DNA of 63,809 bases, filler included, from Thraustochytrium aureum (taxonomy: Eukaryota), in NCBI GenBank assembly GCA_012862495.1. It is 6 parts of 5 records of this genome, joined end to end, with 100 filler letters (N's around TTAATTAATTAA, not from the genome) between each part and the next. Parts side by side here need not be neighbours in the genome. Positions count along the whole stretch, not along the records: positions 57,682 to 62,435 come from BLSG01000277.1; positions 62,536 to 63,809 come from BLSG01000284.1; 4 more parts are not named here. One strand, given 5' to 3'. Numbering within the stretch: position 1 is the stretch's first letter; every line of letters begins with the position of its first letter. Both the position numbers and the translations under genes were made by a program. Under the pieces are notes generated by a model, which had not been told where the DNA came from, did no database searches, and saw only the letters and a list, made by a program, of their open reading frames with translations. This document shows positions 58,255 through 63,809 of the stretch, one piece after another.

Positions 58255-60406
58255 CGCCCGTCGTCCTGGCCTGACCCGCGTCGTCCTTCTCGTGCGTGCC
58301 GTGTCGCCTCCAATTGGGGACTGGCAAGCCCTACACAGCGCGCCCACGCGTGCGCATGTTGGTTGGGAAGTACGGTGAGCGCGCAGATTTTATTTCCCAC
58401 TCCCAAAAACAAGCGAACATGTGCACCTGTTTGCATCTCACAAAAAACAAACAAACTTGACCATGGTCACGGTAAAGGAAAAAGCAAGGAGGATGCTCCT
58501 TGGAAAAGGAAATTGCGCGCGAGGTTTGGCTGGGTCACAGAGGCCTATCACGGCCCGAACAGAACAGAAATCTATTGGAAGTCTATGGCGTGTAGTGCGT
58601 CGCCTTCTCGAAAGTGTTTTGCTGGACTCTTGGCTGGACTCGTAACTTCCCTCCCATCCGAAATTTCAGAGACGACTAAGAAGGTTTCTTTCCCGCTAAT
58701 TCTTGGACTCAGAGCCTTTCACTTGCGGAGTCCGAGAGGGAGGTACTCTACCGGAATGGCACCCGTAGGGCACCCTGTACCGGGAGTGTACCGGGAGCGT
58801 ACCTAAGGGAGTATAAGGGAGTACTCTAGCATGTACTACTCCCTTACTACGAGTACTCATGTTTCCGGTTGACTGTTGGTACCGGGTACTTAGGTACTCC
58901 TCCAGTATTTTTGAGGTTCATCGTCTGCCAGAGGCTTGTGGACGAGGAGGACCGCGCTTTGTTCCCGTGCTGGGCGGCGGGGCTCGAACGCGTCTTGGAG
59001 GCGCGAGAAGGAGCGCGCGCGCATCGGCAGCCTGGAGATCGCAGCATTCCTCGTCTGTCGCAGGGCAAGGAAAGCGGTGAGGGCGAGCGGCTCGCGTTGA
59101 GGTAGATCGGATGGGGTCGAGCCTATTCCGCGGATGCGGAATCGATTGCCACCCCATCGCCAAAAGCCCGAGACCGAAATAACAACCCCTGCCACGCCCT
59201 CGTGCTGCCTGTAGCAAAAGCAAGCCTCACCGCTCGGCGCGCGGGACTTGCAAACGAGTACTCGAGGCGAGCGCCATTGCATCGTGCAGGGGCTCGCAAG
59301 TCGGCCAACCAAGAGTTTTAGGTTTCCGTTTGTGAACGAACTGATGCGCACCCACTCGAACCTGTCTTGCAAGTTGTCGTCAAGTGGCTTTTGCGGACGC
59401 ATAATACAGGCAGTTGACGGCGGTTACGAAAACAAGCGTCACCAGACCTGATCTGCACAGCAAACTTGTACGAGNNNNNNNNNNNNNNNNNNNNNNNNNN
59501 NNNNNNNNNNNNNNNNNNNNNNNNNNNNNNNNNNNNNNNNNNNNNNNNNNNNNNNNNNNNNNNNNNNNNNNNNNNNNNNNNNNNNNNNNNNNNNNNNNNN
59601 NNNNNNNNNNNNNNNNNNNNNNNNNNNNNNNNNNNNNNNNNNNNNNNNNNNNNNNNNNNNNNNNNNNNNNNNNNNNNNNNNNNNNNNNNNNNNNNNNNNN
59701 NNNNNNNNNNNNNNNNNNNNNNNNNNNNNNNNNNNNNNNNNNNNNNNNNNNNNNNNNNNNNNNNNNNNNNNNNNNNNNNNNNNNNNNNNNNNNNNNNNNN
59801 NNNNNNNNNNNNNNNNNNNNNNNNNNNNNNNNNNNNNNNNNNNNNNNNNNNNNNNNNNNNNNNNNNNNNNNNNNNNNNNNNNNNNNNNNNNNNNNNNNNN
59901 NNNNNNNNNNNNNNNNNNNNNNNNNNNNNNNNNNNNNNNNNNNNNNNNNNNNNNNNNNNNNNNNNNNNNNNNNNNNNNNNNNNNNNNNNNNNNNNNNNNN
60001 NNNNNNNNNNNNNNNNNNNNNNNNNNNNNNNNNNNNNNNNNNNNNNNNNNNNNNNNNNNNNNNNNNNNNNNNNNNNNNNNNNNNNNNNNNNNNNNNNNNN
60101 NNNNNNNNNNNNNNNNNNNNNNNNNNNNNNNNNNNNNNNNNNNNNNNNNNNNNNNNNNNNNNNNNNNNNNNNNNNNNNNNNNNNNNNNNNNNNNNNNNNN
60201 NNNNNNNNNNNNNNNNNNNNNNNNNNNNNNNNNNNNNNNNNNNNNNNNNNNNNNNNNNNNNNNNNNNNNNNNNNNNNNNNNNNNNNNNNNNNNNNNNNNN
60301 NNNNNNNNNNNNNNNNNNNNNNNNNNNNNNNNNNNNNNNNNNNNNNNNNNNNNNNNNNNNNNNNNNNNNNNNNNNNNNNNNNNNNNNNNNNNNNNNNNNN
60401 NNNNNG

Positions 60407-61575
60407 AACCGGTCTATCATCAACTCGAGAATGGGTACCCACTCTGGCGTAATGACGCGCTCGCCGGGGCGACCAGAATCCCCTTCGTCAAAGGCGCGAG
60501 GCAGCCACTTGCGCGGGTCGCGCTGCGAGGCCTTCCACTTTCGCTGGAGTGCCTTGGCGTCGTCATTAGTCTTTGTGATCGGCTTGATGACATACGGACC
60601 CAAGTTCGGTGAGGAGATTGACCCAACGGTAGCTAAGCAAACCAAAATAATAGGAAGAGATACCGCGGAGGCGAACATCACGAAAAGAACCGCGTGACCG
60701 AAGGTGGGTAAGATTCCATCGTAGCTCTCACTCAGGAAAAGTAACCCGATGAAGCCGTCGTAAGAGTGCACAGAAGAATCTTTGCGCCCGTATAACGCTG
60801 ACAAGATCTTGGCGATGTTCATCAGAACTTCAGCGGCAAAAATTAGCATCAAGCACTCGAAAGCAAAGATAATCAGCATGTACCCGAGAATCATGGAATA
60901 AGACCCAAGGGTCGTATTCATCGTGCGCTCGGCTTTTGCCATCCCACTTGCATCGTTGGAGAACGATATGATTGCGAGCGTCACAATCAAGCCACCGAGC
61001 ACAGTTATGACGCCTAAGAGAACTGTACTGAAGAGTGCATTGTCGAGATAACCCAGCACCTGAGGTCCGCCGCCGCTTTCGTAGGTCTCACGAGACGGCC
61101 CGCAGATGTCCTCGAACAGGAGGTTCCCTGTGCTGAACTTGCTGCCGGTGTCATTTGCGGCGTCTAGACACAAAGAGTGCAGTTGCACGCGCATCTCGCC
61201 AGAGACTGCGCTCCACATCGTGAGAAGCAAGAAAACCAAAAGCGTTGTGACAGAAAGCATGTGCATGACTGCCTTGCTCGACTCCAAATTACCACGGTTG
61301 TCCTCGGCTTTGTATTGCCCAAAAACCTCGTTGATGTCGATGCGCTTTTGGTTGAGCCTTATTTGAACTGGGTTCTGCGCATCTTCCTGGGAAGGCAAGA
61401 CCGTCACGGTGACGTCTTCCCTCATTTTCTTGGTTCTGATGCTCGCTGCGTGCCGCTGCGGCTGCCAATAGATCTGTTTCGCGTCTTGCTTTGTCGTTTG
61501 GGGTTTGCTTTGGTTCTGTGGTCGCCAGCGTTTCCAGGTCGGTGATGGAGTAGCACAACAGAAGCGAAATGGCAT
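60407..61575 (-). CDS. Four-TM hypothetical membrane protein, runs into a gap
   Basis: Long stop-free frame with four hydrophobic segments. ATG at 61575, with an alternative at 61425. Confidence 0.65.
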
Positions 61576-62435
61576 GGCTTTTGAGTTTGTGCAGCCGACC
61601 GAGTGGGCGGCCTCTTCGCTCTTACTCCCAGCCCTGTTTCTTCCGTTCGAGCGACGGCATCCGCTATCCGCAGACCGCCACGAATCGCCTGCAGCAAACT
61701 GCCCTCGCCCGTTCAAGCAGCTGGTTGGCGACGGACGCCATCCATGTCGGCGCACAAGCCCAGGCATGCCCTCTTTCAGCGTAGCGCGGGCAAGTGATAC
61801 AATCCATTGTATTCGATTGTGAGTGCCAGGAGGCGCGTGGCTGAGGGCGACGCAACGAAACCAAAATGTGTGGTATTTTTTCCTGCTACCGGCTGAGGAC
61901 AGTTTTTACACCGTGCTCTGCGCTTGGGTGCCGGTGTGCTGCCGGGACACGGCACAAGTCAACTCCCCCGTCGAAAGTGTGTTTTGCTTGGCGGTCTTGC
62001 TACGACCAGCCAAAAGCCGCACGCTCGTTGAGCTGAGCATGCCGGCACGGCCGCGGTGGGGCCCCGGCAGGTCCGAGTAGCGCAGACTGCTTTCGCGAGC
62101 TGGTCGTCCTGGAGGATTAGGGAGTGGAGTACTGGGTAGAGTACCCCTCTACCTACTTGTGTAAGCATACTCCATTTGGGTGGGTTGTTACTCTACGCGA
62201 CGCTAAAAGACGGGAGGTGCGACCTCAAAAGTGAAAGAAAAGGTGGAAGAAACAACGCTGCCCAACCTAGGTCAGGCAGCACCAACAGGGACGTCTCGGA
62301 AGGCGGCTTGCTGGAGACGGCCCAGGCCAGCCCCATGGGGGCCAGAGGTTGAATGCGAATCGAAGGTAGCCAGATGCCGCAGAACTTGCTGGATGACTGC
62401 CTTACGGTGTTGACACGAGACGTCCGTGACAACTT

Positions 62436-62535
62436 NNNNNNNNNNNNNNNNNNNNNNNNNNNNNNNNNNNNNNNNNNNNTTAATTAATTAANNNNNNNNN
62501 NNNNNNNNNNNNNNNNNNNNNNNNNNNNNNNNNNN
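62436..62535. other. Artificial scaffold spacer
   Basis: N44-TTAATTAATTAA-N44. Confidence 0.97.
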
Positions 62536-62536
62536 C

Positions 62537-63808
62537 GTGCTACACCTCGTGAGCGGCCTGGTCCGCGAGTCGTCGAGCGGGGACCTGTCAACGCTGTGCC
62601 ACGCCGGAGTGGTGCACGCGATCGTCGGGTCCATGCTCAACATTCACAGCTACGAGGTCCAAAAGCTTGCGACGAGAATGTGCCGCGACCTGTGCGAGCG
62701 GTTCCCGCCTGCCCAGGAGGACGTCGAGACCCTGCTCGGGGGCCGGGTCGTGACAAGCCTGCTGGAGAGCACCCCGCTCAAGGACGGCCAGATAGTGCGC
62801 GAGTTTATCCAGGACGAGCAACTTTTTGCGAACGTGGCCAATCGACTTCGAGAGCGCGGCTGGGACATCCGCTCCAGGCAAGCCGGCCGCCTCAGCAGCT
62901 TGGGCTTGGTGGGCGCTGCTGCACCAGAACCGGCCACGACAGCGACGCAGCCGTCGAATACAGCTGCCCAGGAAGATGGCGCCAAGGAGGAAGGCAGTGG
63001 CGAGGGTGGCGAGCCGGACGACGCTGCAACCGAGCCCGAACTCGCCGACGCAGCCAAGGACGAGGCAAGCGGCCAAATGGGCTCTGACGGGGAGAGCGAC
63101 GCCGAGCCAGGCGGGCCGAGGCGGTCTAGCGTAGCAAGCTGCTCCTCCGCGTCCTCCGTGCGCTCTGAAGGCGGGGCCCGGCCCGCGTCGCGCGCTGCCA
63201 ACTTTTCGGAGCAGCTCGACAACGCCATGGGCACCGCCGCGGAAGACGCTCGCGCCCCAGCCTTTTCGCTGCCCATTGACGGTCGCGCCCTAAAAGCGCG
63301 CGTGGAGCGCAAGTGGGGCTCGACTGCCTCGCCAAAACGAGAGGCCCTGTCGCGCAAGGAAGAGGTGTACGTGTCCAACCTCGTTCCCAAGCGCGAGGCG
63401 CTAGACGCCTCGGTAACGTTCATGCAGCAGGTGTGCCGAGACAAGGCCCCAGTATTCGCGCAGGACGAGAAAGAGACGCTCGAGTACATAAAAGGCCTCC
63501 CGGCAGCTGCGTCGTCCTCGCCATCGCACTTTCAAGTGAGCTCGGACGAGGCCATGGAGGGCGCGACGGGCGAGGCGCTGCGCGACATTCCGCTAAAGTA
63601 CTTGCCGGACGCCGTCGCGGCCACGTACCTGGACCACACCATTGTCGACCCGCGCTCCATCGAGCAGGCCCGCAAGGCCAAGCGGAAGCACAGCCACGAG
63701 GCGAACCGGCTGCTCCCGCTCTCCAAGGAGGAACGAGCTGCGCTTCGAGAGCGGCGCGCTGAGGAGATTCGCGCGGCCAAGCTCGAGCTGCGCGAGCTGC
63801 GGGAGCTC
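62537..63808 (+). CDS. Hypothetical protein with armadillo-like helical segment, partial at both ends (absent from the ORF track because no stop falls in the window)
   Basis: Own translation: VLHLVSGLVRESSSGDLSTLCHAGVVHAIVGSMLNIHSYEVQKLATRMCRDLCERFPPAQEDVETLLGG...ERRAEEIRAAKLELRELREL, open across the whole scaffold fragment. Confidence 0.7.
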   Translation, partial: MLHLVSGLVRESSSGDLSTLCHAGVVHAIVGSMLNIHSYEVQKLATRMCRDLCERFPPAQEDVETLLGGRVVTSLLESTPLKDGQIVREFIQDEQLFANVANRLRERGWDIRSRQAGRLSSLGLVGAAAPEPATTATQPSNTAAQEDGAKEEGSGEGGEPDDAATEPELADAAKDEASGQMGSDGESDAEPGGPRRSSVASCSSASSVRSEGGARPASRAANFSEQLDNAMGTAAEDARAPAFSLPIDGRALKARVERKWGSTASPKREALSRKEEVYVSNLVPKREALDASVTFMQQVCRDKAPVFAQDEKETLEYIKGLPAAASSSPSHFQVSSDEAMEGATGEALRDIPLKYLPDAVAATYLDHTIVDPRSIEQARKAKRKHSHEANRLLPLSKEERAALRERRAEEIRAAKLELRELREL

Positions 63809-63809
63809 G

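Overview
GC-rich, intron-poor eukaryotic draft sequence. It carries ciliary genes, so the source is a flagellated protist; a stramenopile or thraustochytrid-like organism is my inference. The window is not one locus. It is six separate scaffolds joined by artificial 100-nt spacers (44 N + TTAATTAATTAA + 44 N). It also contains many N gaps and single-base homopolymer errors that split real genes. Recognisable genes are NIPBL/SCC2, a Listerin (LTN1)-like protein, mitochondrial ribosomal protein mS33, BBS8/TTC8, a P4-ATPase flippase, CSN7, an AGC kinase, DIM1/TXNL4A, RAD17, EF-hand, TPR/PDZ and RING proteins, and an aerolysin/ETX-MTX2-like pore-forming domain. The standout feature, not resolved by the ORF track, is at 13.7-17.5 kb on the minus strand. 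It is a tandem array of at least 15 exon+intron units in which each 84-nt, phase-2/2 symmetric exon encodes exactly one 28-aa leucine-rich repeat. The repeat framework is conserved, the predicted ligand-contact positions are hypervariable, the splice junction falls inside the binding beta-strand, and the introns are homologous to one another. This is a candidate combinatorial (exon-shuffling or exon-skipping) receptor-diversification system.
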